DNA of 64,000 bases from a virus. Taxonomy: Duplodnaviria; Caudoviricetes. The stretch lies in IMG/VR virus record IMGVR_UViG_2888055400_000002, positions 1-64,000 of that record; one strand, given 5' to 3'. Each line of letters starts with the position of its first letter. The first letter of the stretch is position 1. The notes beneath the pieces were generated by a model. That model ran no database searches, had not been told where the DNA came from, and saw nothing but the letters and a program-made list of their open reading frames with translations. Both the position numbers and the translations under genes were made by a program. Positions 54,154-64,000 of the stretch are shown here, in pieces.

Positions 54154-55508
54154 ATGAAAAAGTAAGAGAGGCAGTGATGATAAATAATAGCGATAACATT
54201 TTATCAAGGCTTATTAATTCTATGTATGCAATGAGCCCTTATGCGTCTCGTGTAATGCAGATGCACAATCAAAGTATGGCGCAAAAGAAAGCACAACAGC
54301 AGGCGAATATGTTGCCTTATCTAGTACCTTCAGTACCGGTTGGCACAGTTGGTTCACAACCTCATCCCTTAGGTTTGGCTAAGGATATAGAACCTTTACC
54401 TAATGCACTTTCGGATTTGACGTCATTGCAACCACAACAGAACCCGCTAGCAGAATCCCCTATTCCAATAGCACAATCAGAGCCAACCCAATCTGTACCG
54501 CAAGTACAACCACGACAAGATACTACTTCTTCAAAGAGTTTTTGGGATCAATTGCGTAGTCCTGAATTGTTAGAAAGATTATCAGACTATGCCCTTGGTT
54601 ATGCCATGTCTGATGGAACAATGGCACAAGATTTGGCTAATGCAGCTATGAATCTTCGTCGTGGTGATATGGCAAGAGAACAGAGAAACCAAGTTAACCA
54701 AACAGTCGAGTATCTGAAATCCAAAGGTTACAGTGATGAAGAAGCTACTATCATGGCGCGTAATCCTCAAATGCTTAGTGCATTGTTCACAGGCGGTACA
54801 GATAGCATAAAACATTACAATGATGGGAGTTCGTTAGTACCGGATTCAACTTCTCCAACGGGATGGAGAGTGGTTAATCACCCTGGTGGGAAAGCATATA
54901 TGGACAAAGAACGAGAAGCTGCTTTACGTCAACATAAAAACGTATATGCAAAGGTTTTGCTAGACGATATTGATTATTTGCAGGGATACCTTGAGCAATT
55001 TAAGGATAAGGCAACAGGTAATATAGCTTTAGCTGCTAGCTATGCGTTCTCAACGTCCGAACAATCGGATGCACGACAGGTTTTGGAATCAATACAATCT
55101 CGTATAGGGCTTGATCGTATAGATCAAATGAAAATGCTATCGCAAAGAGGGGCGCTAGGACTTGGAAATGTTAGCGATAAAGACATTGAAATGTTAAAAG
55201 AGTCTCTCGGGAAATTAAATTTACGTATGTCTACACGAGAGCTTAAACGGCGGTTGTCAACAATAAAAGATGTTTTATCAAGACTGAACCCTGAAGTACA
55301 AGGTATTGTATTAGGTAAGATTGAGGATACAGAAGATAATATGAGAAATGCCGTTATGGCAGGAAATAGCGAAAATTCTACCAGTCAGGCGGTGTCACAA
55401 GTGAATGTTGCAAACCTACCGACTGTAAATAGCAGAGAGGAAGCTAATAGAATGCCTATTGGGAGTACGGTTATTTACAATGGTCAAGTTTACAAGAGGG
55501 ATCGATGA
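54150..55508 (+). CDS. Putative DNA ejection protein 2
   Basis: Q/P-rich N-terminus, GLGNVSDKDIEML motif; position. Confidence 0.55.
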   Translation: MNEKVREAVMINNSDNILSRLINSMYAMSPYASRVMQMHNQSMAQKKAQQQANMLPYLVPSVPVGTVGSQPHPLGLAKDIEPLPNALSDLTSLQPQQNPLAESPIPIAQSEPTQSVPQVQPRQDTTSSKSFWDQLRSPELLERLSDYALGYAMSDGTMAQDLANAAMNLRRGDMAREQRNQVNQTVEYLKSKGYSDEEATIMARNPQMLSALFTGGTDSIKHYNDGSSLVPDSTSPTGWRVVNHPGGKAYMDKEREAALRQHKNVYAKVLLDDIDYLQGYLEQFKDKATGNIALAASYAFSTSEQSDARQVLESIQSRIGLDRIDQMKMLSQRGALGLGNVSDKDIEMLKESLGKLNLRMSTRELKRRLSTIKDVLSRLNPEVQGIVLGKIEDTEDNMRNAVMAGNSENSTSQAVSQVNVANLPTVNSREEANRMPIGSTVIYNGQVYKRDR

Positions 55509-57778
55509 TTAACAATAATAATTCTCTTGTAGTTGGTCGTGCATTAGGTGCTACGAGCAATCAAGTTAAAAAAATATCAGAACTTGGTCCAAACTTTACC
55601 CATCTTGGCTCTGTTTCAGAATATGCGGCTAATCGAGAGCGCCTATCAGAACTTGGTCCAAATTTTACCTACCTTGGTTCTGTTTCAGAATACGCCAATC
55701 CTTCTTATGAAGATACACCACAGCCTCCAGAAATCACGCAAAGTGAAGCTTTTTGGAATTCTTTAAAGCATGGTCTCAGTTTTAATTTAGATGACGAAGT
55801 TGAAGCAATTACAGCGTTAGGACGCGATCCTGATGATGGGTTGACACCGTTTGCTTTTCTCAATGAGTTGGCACCGATTGCTTTTGTCAATGGGATGAAA
55901 AAATATTGGTTATCTGGTGATAAGAAATATGAAGATAAGTATGACAAAGAAGTCAAGAAACGGCGTGATTATCAACGTAGGATGAGCGATACGCATTATT
56001 GGACGTCTTTGGGTGGAAATATATTAGGGTCTGCTTTGCCTTCACTTGCAACTTTAGGAGCAGGGGCGGGAGCATCACTAGCGGGGCGAGTAGCGCCTCA
56101 TGCTACTTCAAAATTAGGTCAACTATTCTCGAGAGCCGTTCCAACATCGGTGGGCAGAGTAGGGAAATATGTAGGTGAGAAAGCAAGCCCATTTTTAGGT
56201 ATTACGAACAAAACAACATTTCCGCATTTGCTTAAAGTAGGAGCGTTATCTGGTGCGTTACATGGGGCAGGTGAAGGTGAAGGGGCAGGAAATACGCTTA
56301 TAAATACAGCACTTGGTGCAGGTTTTGGAGTGGGAGGGGCAGCGGTTGGAAGTGTTGTTGGTTCTGGGCTTGGTTCAATTGGGGGATTGGCAGCAAGAGC
56401 TGTTTCACCCTCTCATGTAAATGGTGTTCCAAAAGAAACATTAAGAGAAATTACTAAGCATTTAAGCAATGATACTGCTGAAGCACTTGGGAAGTCTTTT
56501 CATAAGGCAGCAAGCCCTGATGATTATGTTGTAGATCACAGCCCTATCTTACAGGATCTTGTTTTTGAAATTTCAAGAAAAAATCCGGATGCTTCTCTTG
56601 ATTTAATCCAAAGAGCTGGCGCGAGAGCGAAGGGAGGAGGAGAACGTATTCATCAGGCTGCTGATGAACATTTTGTTCCTCGTCAAGATGTTGTAAGTTT
56701 AAAAGATGATCTTATTGCAAGCAAGAAAGCAGCATCAGAATCCCTTTATGAAATAGCAAAAAAGACACCGATAGGGGAAAAATATTATGGTGCTCTTAAT
56801 GAATTGATGGAGCGCCCCTATTTCAAAAGAGCTTATTATCAAGCGTTAACGAAATTCAAAAATGATGGGAACAAAATTGTTCCGTTTTCTTCTCAAAAGT
56901 TTAGTCTTCTCAAAGATAAACCGAACATGGCGGTTCTCCATAATACTAAGGAGAAAATCGATGACATGATACAGTTAGAACGAAACCAAGGGAAAAAAAG
57001 CAACATTCGTACCTTATACGGTATCCAGAAAAAATTATTAGAGATTATGGATGATGTATCGTCTGAATATACGAAGGGACGGGCGATCTATCATCGATAC
57101 AGTTCACATGTAGATGCTATGTCTGAGGGGGAAAAAATTGTTAGCAAGAAGATTAATAAAGATAAATTCAGTAAAATTTTGGGTGGATTATCAGAAGGCG
57201 AACAAGAATACTTAAAAAAAGGAGCAAGAGCAGAACTTCTCGAAAGTATGACGCAAACAACAGATCACGTTTCGAATGCGAAGCAAATTTTTGATACAGA
57301 TGATCTTTATGAGAGATTTGCAAAGACTTTTGGGTCCGATAAAGCTGCTGCTGTTAAGAAAGCTGTCGATAGAGAAGCGAATTATGCTGATCTTTATAAC
57401 AGAATACCAAATCGTGTAGCGGATAAAGAGATAGGTTTTTCGCATAATGTAACCCCGCCTACAAGTGTAGCAGATGCAGCTATGCAAGCAGGAAAAGCTA
57501 CTCTGAAAGCGTCGTACATTCCCTTTAAAACAGCAGCTTTGAAAGAGCGTCAACGCATAGAAAAGGACGTCGTCAAGTTGTTAACAGGGGGAACAAATTT
57601 TTCCAATGATGAAATCGTCAATATCCTTCAAAGAATGGTGCAGGCACAACATAAAGGATATGTGACTAAAGAGTGGGTGAAACAAGTTTCTGCTGCTTTA
57701 TTTGGAGGGGGAGGAAAAGCATTTGCGGGACAATTTAATATGCTGAGTACACCAAGTCAGAAGAGGGTATATAACTAA
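55505..57778 (+). CDS. Putative large DNA ejection protein 3
   Basis: 757 aa with Gly/Ala-rich hydrophobic segments (GALSGALHGAGEG). Confidence 0.6.
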   Translation: MINNNNSLVVGRALGATSNQVKKISELGPNFTHLGSVSEYAANRERLSELGPNFTYLGSVSEYANPSYEDTPQPPEITQSEAFWNSLKHGLSFNLDDEVEAITALGRDPDDGLTPFAFLNELAPIAFVNGMKKYWLSGDKKYEDKYDKEVKKRRDYQRRMSDTHYWTSLGGNILGSALPSLATLGAGAGASLAGRVAPHATSKLGQLFSRAVPTSVGRVGKYVGEKASPFLGITNKTTFPHLLKVGALSGALHGAGEGEGAGNTLINTALGAGFGVGGAAVGSVVGSGLGSIGGLAARAVSPSHVNGVPKETLREITKHLSNDTAEALGKSFHKAASPDDYVVDHSPILQDLVFEISRKNPDASLDLIQRAGARAKGGGERIHQAADEHFVPRQDVVSLKDDLIASKKAASESLYEIAKKTPIGEKYYGALNELMERPYFKRAYYQALTKFKNDGNKIVPFSSQKFSLLKDKPNMAVLHNTKEKIDDMIQLERNQGKKSNIRTLYGIQKKLLEIMDDVSSEYTKGRAIYHRYSSHVDAMSEGEKIVSKKINKDKFSKILGGLSEGEQEYLKKGARAELLESMTQTTDHVSNAKQIFDTDDLYERFAKTFGSDKAAAVKKAVDREANYADLYNRIPNRVADKEIGFSHNVTPPTSVADAAMQAGKATLKASYIPFKTAALKERQRIEKDVVKLLTGGTNFSNDEIVNILQRMVQAQHKGYVTKEWVKQVSAALFGGGGKAFAGQFNMLSTPSQKRVYN

Positions 57779-58440
57779 TGACCCGTTATAGTCTTTCGAT
57801 AGAACAAGCGATACGTGAAGCGGCATCACGCTATGGCTTGCCTGAAAGTTATTTGTACCGTGTTGCACAGATTGAAAGTGGTGGTAATCCGAATGCAAGA
57901 AACCCGCGTTCCTCTGCTGGTGGACTGTATCAGTTTATAGACAGCACAGCCAAGCAATATGGCTTGCAGGATAGGTTTGATCCTATACAAGCAGCGGATG
58001 CGATGGGGCGGCTCACACGGGATAATCGCAATCATTTAAGCCGTGTTTTGGGAAGAGCACCTAGCGAAGCAGAATTATATTTAGCCCATCAGCAAGGAGC
58101 AGGGGGAGCAGCGCGTCTTCTTCAAAACCCGCAAGCCCATGCAGCACAAATTGTTGGCAGCAATGCCGTAGGTTTGAATGGGGGCAATGCTGGTATGCGG
58201 GCTGGTGATTTTGTTAATCATGTCTTGCAAATGTACGGAGGAAAGCAGCCTTATCGTGCAAACCCTGTTGGTAGAGGGAGTGTACCTCCACAGGGTAACA
58301 GGGATAACGTGCTTGCCTTTTTAAGAGCTTTGCTTTCTTCACAACAGCAAGAAGCCTCAGAAGAAGACCAGAGTGAAGAAGACAATCCTCTTCTGTCACA
58401 ATTTATGAGAGCCTTTTACGGACCCTTTTATAGGATTTAG
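57778..58440 (+). CDS. Lytic transglycosylase (SLT domain), virion-associated
   Basis: AQIESGGNPNA..SSAGGLYQFIDSTA..YLAHQQG. Confidence 0.88.
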   Translation: MTRYSLSIEQAIREAASRYGLPESYLYRVAQIESGGNPNARNPRSSAGGLYQFIDSTAKQYGLQDRFDPIQAADAMGRLTRDNRNHLSRVLGRAPSEAELYLAHQQGAGGAARLLQNPQAHAAQIVGSNAVGLNGGNAGMRAGDFVNHVLQMYGGKQPYRANPVGRGSVPPQGNRDNVLAFLRALLSSQQQEASEEDQSEEDNPLLSQFMRAFYGPFYRI

Positions 58441-58451
58441 GATTCACGAAC

Positions 58452-59477
58452 ATGTCGACGATTTATGATTGGTCGCTTAGAGCGTCTGAAAACACGCATG
58501 CCGATAATTTGGTTAATTGGTCAGAGGGGCAATTGCCAAGTACGATCAATAACAGTGCGCGTGGAATGATGCAGCGCATACGGGAGTGTCTATCGGATAG
58601 GGGCGGTTCGATAGAAAGCACGTTTCATATTGATCACAACCAACAAACAACGGTTATTACGCTTCAAACCAAATCACAATTTACAGAATACAAGAATGAT
58701 ATAGTGGTGCGCTTTAAAGCGAAGGGTAAGAATGTTGGTGCAACCACGGTTGCTTTCAACAGCTTGCCTCAGAAGCAAGTTTACAAAGCAAAAGATGGTG
58801 GCGGCGCGGTTTTGTTAGAGGGGGGAGAGATACAAAATGGCTGTATTTATACGCTTGCTTATGATGAGGTTCTTTCAGGATGGCAGCTTCTCAATCCAAC
58901 ACCTACACAGTCACAATTAGGTTTGGCAAATAATCCTTATCCCTCAGGCTTTATAGGGACGTTTGCGATGCAGGCATTGCCTTATGGTTGGTTGGTTTGC
59001 GATGGGAGTGCTTATTCCCGAAGCCTTTATAGTGATTTGTTTGCGGCGATAGGAACGGTTTGGGGGAGCGGTGATGGCTATCGAACATTTAATGTACCGG
59101 ATTTGCGAGGGATGTTTTTACGGGGGCTTGATGATGGTCGCAATATTGATACTGGGCGTCACTTTGCAAGTGTGCAAGAGGATTTTATACAGTCGCATAA
59201 GCACGGAGGACATATGATTTCCGTTTCTCATATGGATGAAACCCAAGAGAATTTTTGGCATGGTAATGCAACGATCTTATGGGGGCATTCGCTTAATGAC
59301 GCGCAAAAAACGAACGTTAGTGGCAGTTCAGGGATAAGAGAAGAGGACATTCGGAGCTATGATATCTTGGCATTGCCTTCTGAGCAATCTCAAGGACATC
59401 GTTTGACGGAATTAAGAGATGGTGAAAATGAAACGCGCCCGATCAATGTCTCTGTTGTTTTTGCGATAAAGACCTGA
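58452..59477 (+). CDS. Phage tail-collar domain protein A
   Basis: PSGFI..PYGWLVCDGS..YSDLFAAIGT.WG.GDG..FNVPDLRGMFLRG; C-terminal ETRPINVS. Confidence 0.9.
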   Translation: MSTIYDWSLRASENTHADNLVNWSEGQLPSTINNSARGMMQRIRECLSDRGGSIESTFHIDHNQQTTVITLQTKSQFTEYKNDIVVRFKAKGKNVGATTVAFNSLPQKQVYKAKDGGGAVLLEGGEIQNGCIYTLAYDEVLSGWQLLNPTPTQSQLGLANNPYPSGFIGTFAMQALPYGWLVCDGSAYSRSLYSDLFAAIGTVWGSGDGYRTFNVPDLRGMFLRGLDDGRNIDTGRHFASVQEDFIQSHKHGGHMISVSHMDETQENFWHGNATILWGHSLNDAQKTNVSGSSGIREEDIRSYDILALPSEQSQGHRLTELRDGENETRPINVSVVFAIKT

Positions 59478-59484
59478 GGGGAAC

Positions 59485-60795
59485 ATGTCGACGATTTATG
59501 ATTGGTCTTTGACGGCGTCTGAGAATGCGGGCGCCGATAGCGTTATTAATTGGTCAGAGGGTCAAGCGCCCCATACAGTAAATAACAGTGCACGTGGCAT
59601 GATGCAGCGTTATCGGGAGTATTTATCAGAGAGTGGAGGAGCGATTGAGAGTGTTGTTGTTCATTTGGAGCATGAACAGACAACCATTCGCTTAACAAGC
59701 AAAACAGAATTTAGAGAGTACAAGAATGATAGAGTTGTACGCTTTAGATCAAATGGCTGGAACATTGGAGCAACCACGGTTTCGGTTAATTTATTAGAAG
59801 GTAAACCCGTTTACAAGGCGACGCAAACAGGTCTTGTCCCCCTTACAGGATCGGAAATCCAACCCAACTGTATTTATACGCTCGTGTATGATGAAGCGGT
59901 TTCAGGTTGGCAGTTGCTCAATCCAACGATCAAAACCGTTCCCTTTAGGCGTTTGCCTACGGGTTTTATAGGCAGCTTTGCCATGGAGATATTACCGGAT
60001 GGGTGGTTGTTGTGTGATGGGCGTGCGTATTCACGGGACAGTTACCGTGATCTGTTTGCAACGATAGGAACTTTATGGGGGGAAGGAGATGGGGCAACAA
60101 CGTTTCAGGTTCCTGATCTGAGAGGGATGTTTTTACGGGGCTATGATTATTTAGGGAATGTGGATAGAGAGCGAAGTTTTGCAAGCACGCAACAATGTAG
60201 CTTGAGGGATCATGAACATAACCTTGGGATTACGGCTTCAACCGGAAATTCTTCGAGACGTAGGCGTGATCTTTCATCTGTTGAAATTTCACATAGACAA
60301 CGTCGAAGTGTGGATCCAACGAGTGAGTGTTTACGGAAGCATTCCAAATGGGATGATGTTGAGGAGTGTATCCTCTCATTAGAGAGTGAGGAAGAGAAAC
60401 AAGCGCGTAAGGCAGAAAATTTACGGCGTAGAAATAAAATGAAAGGCTGTTTTGCTCCCAATTTGTGGGGGTATGAGGATCCTGATTGTTGGGGAGGGTC
60501 TTCTTCTGTTTATGATGAGGAATGTGTTGGCTTAACAGGGGATGCCTTAGAGAGATGTAATAGGGGCTTTGACGAAGCAACACAAACACCTCCATCAACT
60601 CCTACTAGAAGAAAAACACCCCACACCTCTCATCCTTTTTTTATCGCACATGATCAAAGATTTGTTCCTTATCTTATTTCCCAAGGCTTTGGAGAAGATC
60701 TAGGGGAGCATGATCATATTCTCATGACGGATAGTTATGGTGGGGCAGAAACGCGTCCACGCAATGTGTCAGTAGTGTTTGGAATTAAGACGTGA
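59485..60795 (+). CDS. Phage tail-collar domain protein B with an Arg/Cys-rich insert
   Basis: Paralog of 58452-59477 with a longer variable region. Confidence 0.9.
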   Translation: MSTIYDWSLTASENAGADSVINWSEGQAPHTVNNSARGMMQRYREYLSESGGAIESVVVHLEHEQTTIRLTSKTEFREYKNDRVVRFRSNGWNIGATTVSVNLLEGKPVYKATQTGLVPLTGSEIQPNCIYTLVYDEAVSGWQLLNPTIKTVPFRRLPTGFIGSFAMEILPDGWLLCDGRAYSRDSYRDLFATIGTLWGEGDGATTFQVPDLRGMFLRGYDYLGNVDRERSFASTQQCSLRDHEHNLGITASTGNSSRRRRDLSSVEISHRQRRSVDPTSECLRKHSKWDDVEECILSLESEEEKQARKAENLRRRNKMKGCFAPNLWGYEDPDCWGGSSSVYDEECVGLTGDALERCNRGFDEATQTPPSTPTRRKTPHTSHPFFIAHDQRFVPYLISQGFGEDLGEHDHILMTDSYGGAETRPRNVSVVFGIKT

Positions 60796-60804
60796 GGTTA
60801 TGAA

Positions 60805-61026
60805 ATGTTATCGAAGCCCTTTGCGATATCAGAAATAAGCGACCCGTCTCAAGTACGGGTTGTTTTGTATTCTGGCGAGCGTTTTGTGCATGCCCCGCTT
60901 AATGGAATTTTAGAATTACTCAAGGCGGATTTGAAGAGAGAATTTGAAAATAGGATCCGCTCTCTAGAGGAGCGCATACAAGTTTTAAGCACAGAGTTAG
61001 AAGAACTGAAAGAGTGTGGATTTTAA
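60805..61026 (+). CDS. Small coiled-coil phage protein
   Basis: 73-aa ORF with RBS; C-terminal heptad repeats. Confidence 0.6.
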   Translation: MLSKPFAISEISDPSQVRVVLYSGERFVHAPLNGILELLKADLKREFENRIRSLEERIQVLSTELEELKECGF

Positions 61027-61055
61027 AGATCAGTTGAAATTGAGGGAGCAAGACC

Positions 61056-62900
61056 ATGGCGATACCCTATCATACGCATGAGTATCAAGTACCAGCAGCA
61101 ACGAAAGAAGAGATCATAGAGGGGACCTCTATGGATACGGTTGTTGTTCCTAAGTTGTTAGGGACGGCATCTCTTTATGCCTATGAAGCCTTTGCAACGG
61201 CAGAGCAGGGTGTCCATGCACAGCAAGCCTCGGAACGTGCAACGGCATTAGCTACGACAGCCAAGCAAACAGCAGATACAGCGAAAAGAGTTGCGGATGA
61301 GGCGAAGGAGTTGGTTGATGCATCTGCGGTCACGGCAGGGCAAGCCGTTCAAACAGTGAATGCGGTTGTTACAACAGCTAACGAGGCAAAGGCAACAGCA
61401 GAGCAGGCATTGGCAGCAGGACGTGATGCAAAAAGCAGTGCAGAGACAGCGGTTAACAACTCTCAGAGTGCGAATGAAGCAGCTTCCAGAGCAGAGACAG
61501 AGGCAACAGCAGCGAAGACCACAGCAGAAGAAGCAAAGCAGTTATCAGGAGAAGCGAAGAGCCAATCAGAGAATGCAGAGGCGTTAGCACAAGCAGCTAA
61601 AAGCGCATCAGACGAAGCGAAGCAAGGAATAGAAACAGCCAAGGCAGAAGTTTCAGGAGCAGTCTCTATTGCAAGGGAAGCCAAACAAGCGTCTGAAGGA
61701 GCAGAGAGAGGTGCCAATGAAGCAAAGCAGATGGCGACAGATGCTAAGGGGACAGCGGATGAGGTAAAATCAACGGCAGAAGCAGTTAAGAGCTTAGTAG
61801 ATAAAGCAGTCTCTGATGTGCAAGATGTGAAGAATTCTGTTGCAACAGCGGTAGAAAGTTCCAATGAAGCGAAGGCAACGGCAGAAGAGGCAAAGGATGT
61901 AGCAGAGAAGGGTAAAGGAACTTCAGAAACAGCGATTTCTACAGCTAATGCAGCAAAGGTTACATCTGAAGATGCCAAACAAAAGGCAGAAGCAGCAGTT
62001 TCTAAAGCGGATCAGGCGCAACAGGTTGCGGATGAAGCGAGGCGAGTAGCCAATGAAATGAAAGCAGTAGCAGAGCAGGCGGTGAGTGTTGAGAGACAAG
62101 CAGTGCATGCACTTGATGAGTCTGTTAAGGGATTGGTCGAAGATGCCAAACAGAAGGCAGAAACAGCACAGACGTTAGCGCAAGAAGCGAAAGCAACAGC
62201 CGGTGAGGCAAAAGAAGTTGCAGATCAGGCTAAGAGTTCATCCGAAACAGCAACAGCGAGCAGTACGGAAGCTCTCACAACAGCGAATGGTGCAAAAAGC
62301 ATAGCAGAGACAGCGTCTAGAACAGCTGGTGAGGCAAAGGAAACAGCGTCTAGTGCGCTCTCTGTAGCCAATGATCTTAAGCAATCGGTTGATCATGTCA
62401 AGAATACAGCGGAAGCAGCAAAAAGGACGGCAGAAGGGGCAGAACAGAAGGCATTAACAGTAGAAACGCTAGCTTCTGAAGCGAAGATGAAATCTGTCGA
62501 AGCCAAACAATCTGTAGAAGAAGTGAAGAGCACGGCAGATTTGGCAAAGAATATAGCTGATGAAGCGAAGCAATCCGGTGATGCAGCGCTCAGTGCAGCA
62601 AATGATGCGAAGAGTGCGTCAACGGCAGCTTCAAGCTTGATTGATACTGTAAAGCAAACAGCAGATGAAGCAAAGGCAGTAGCAGAGCAGGCAAAGGGTG
62701 CATCAGAAACGGCGACAGTTACAGCAAATGCATCACAAGAGACGGCATCAACGGCAAAAGCCTTGGCAACTGAAGCGAAACAAACCGCCGATGATGCCAA
62801 GCAAGCCGTTGGCGATGTGAAAGTTATAGCAGAAACAGCGGTAACCACGTACAACACATTGATTTATAATGATAATTTGCTGTTTTGCATGTTGAATTAA
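61056..62900 (+). pseudogene. Ala-rich coiled-coil tail/head fibre protein, truncated at about 62850 by an integrase element
   Basis: A-x-E-A-K-x-x heptad repeats stop abruptly; the last 16 codons are element sequence homologous to the reverse complement of about 46997-47046. Confidence 0.8.
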
Positions 62901-64000
62901 ACCCCCGAATATTGTAAGATTTTCTCATCTCAAATCATCTTATGTTCAATCAATTAAAGTCACTTACTTGCACGTCATAAGTGGGGTTATCGTGTGGGTA
63001 AAAAACCGTTTAGAAAGGAGTAAAAATGCCTCTTATGAATCGTCTTAATGCAAGGGCTGTCGCAACATTGGGGGCTGGCAAATATAATGATGGTGCCGGC
63101 TTGTTACTTCATAAGCGTAAAGATGGGGGTGCTCAATGGCTTTATCGTTACACCATTCATGGGCGGCGTCGTGAAATGGGCTTGGGTGCCTTAAGAAATG
63201 TCTCTTTAAAAAAAGCCCGTGAATTGGCAACCCAATGGCGTTCTGTTTTACACGAGGGTCGTGACCCCATTAAAGAACGTGAGAAGCAAAAACGTGAGGC
63301 AATGCGTAATCTGCATTATTTAAAAGATATTGCTTTAGATGCTTTTGAAACGCGTAAAGCTGAATTAAAAAATGATGGTAAAGATGGAGATTGGTTTTTA
63401 CCTTTAAAACTTCATATTCTCCCCCAATTAGGCTGTCTCCCTATTTCAGAGATTACACAAACAGATATACGCAATACACTTGCTCCCATCTGGCATACAA
63501 AAGCTAAAACAGCAGAGAGAGCACTAATTCGCCTTAATATTTGTTTCAAACATGCTGCTGCAATGGGTTTGGATGTTGATTTACAGGCAACAGAAAAAGC
63601 AAAAGCCTTGTTAGGAAAACAACGCCATAAAGTTAAAAACATGCCTGCTATGGATTGGAAAGAGATACCGGCTTTTTATCAAACACTTTGCCAAACAACA
63701 ACCATGACACAATTGGCTTTGCGTCTGCTTATTCTTACGGGGGTTCGTACGAGCCCTTTGCGTCATATCCATAAAGATCAAATTGAAGGTGATATATGGA
63801 CCATCCCTGCTGAGAATATGAAAGGAAAACGTGATGCTACAACAGAATTTCGCGTGCCTTTATCAACCGAAGCATTAGAAATTTTAAAACAAGCGCGCTT
63901 GTTGTCGCGTAATGATTTCTTTTTCTCTGCAACCGGTCGGGGTCCCCTTGGTGAAACTTGTATGTCACAATACATGAAAAAAACAGGTCTTGAAGCCTGC
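62851..64000 (+). mobile_element. Second copy of the integrase island (left end; continues beyond the window)
   Basis: 62851-63025 is a near-identical inverted copy of 46872-47046. Confidence 0.88.
63026..64000 (+). CDS. P4-family tyrosine integrase (partial, runs off the window); close paralog of 45705-46871
   Basis: ATG 63026 MPLMNRLNARAVATLGAGKYNDGAG..; open frame to the window end. Confidence 0.93.
   Translation, partial: MPLMNRLNARAVATLGAGKYNDGAGLLLHKRKDGGAQWLYRYTIHGRRREMGLGALRNVSLKKARELATQWRSVLHEGRDPIKEREKQKREAMRNLHYLKDIALDAFETRKAELKNDGKDGDWFLPLKLHILPQLGCLPISEITQTDIRNTLAPIWHTKAKTAERALIRLNICFKHAAAMGLDVDLQATEKAKALLGKQRHKVKNMPAMDWKEIPAFYQTLCQTTTMTQLALRLLILTGVRTSPLRHIHKDQIEGDIWTIPAENMKGKRDATTEFRVPLSTEALEILKQARLLSRNDFFFSATGRGPLGETCMSQYMKKTGLEAC

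Larger units (their letters stand above)
737..62850. mobile_element. Defective podovirus-like prophage adjacent to tRNA-Thr, interrupted by integrative islands; right end lies beyond the second insertion
   Basis: Ordered modules: AlpA, exonuclease/ERF, antirepressor, CI/Cro, replication, ssb, terminase, portal fragments, capsid, tail tubular, ejection proteins, tail collar/fibre. Confidence 0.88.

Noticed and set aside
47147-62850. Calling the structural module the Bartonella gene transfer agent
   Set aside because: It is linked to a lysogeny module and a tRNA att site and its portal is destroyed; homology to bgt genes cannot be judged without alignment
61360-62857. Antisense Ala/Ser-rich ORFs over the fibre gene (and similar ones over fhaB)
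   Set aside because: Shadows of repetitive, codon-biased sense genes
58452-62900. Diversity-generating retroelement or shufflon acting on the tail genes
   Set aside because: No reverse transcriptase, no TR/VR pair differing at adenines, and no invertase or inverted tail cassettes in the window

Overview
AT-rich alphaproteobacterial DNA, most likely Bartonella (inferred from gene content). After slyX and tRNA-Thr(CGT) at 661-736, the rest of the window is a nested mobile region. A podovirus-like prophage contributes an early, lysogeny and replication region with many frameshifts (0.8-11 kb), the terminase genes (13.5-15.2 kb) and an intact head, tail and ejection module (47-62.9 kb), and it carries three toxin-antitoxin modules. 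Its portal gene is split, and mostly lost, by a ~31.7 kb island (about 15351-47045) with a P4-family tyrosine integrase and AlpA. The island carries (i) an unannotated P4-CI/P1-C4-like antisense RNA switch directly upstream of five tandem hexapeptide-repeat genes, each followed by the same G-rich hairpin motif; (ii) a frameshifted type ISP-like restriction-modification gene; and (iii) an fhaC-fhaB CDI-like polymorphic toxin locus with alpha/beta-hydrolase-like C-termini, five Cys-rich lipoprotein immunity candidates and orphan modules. A second copy of the same integrase element truncates the tail-fibre gene at about 62850. One tail-collar protein carries an insert with two furin-type sites and three Cys pairs. 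All functional calls come from motif recognition by eye; no database searches were run.
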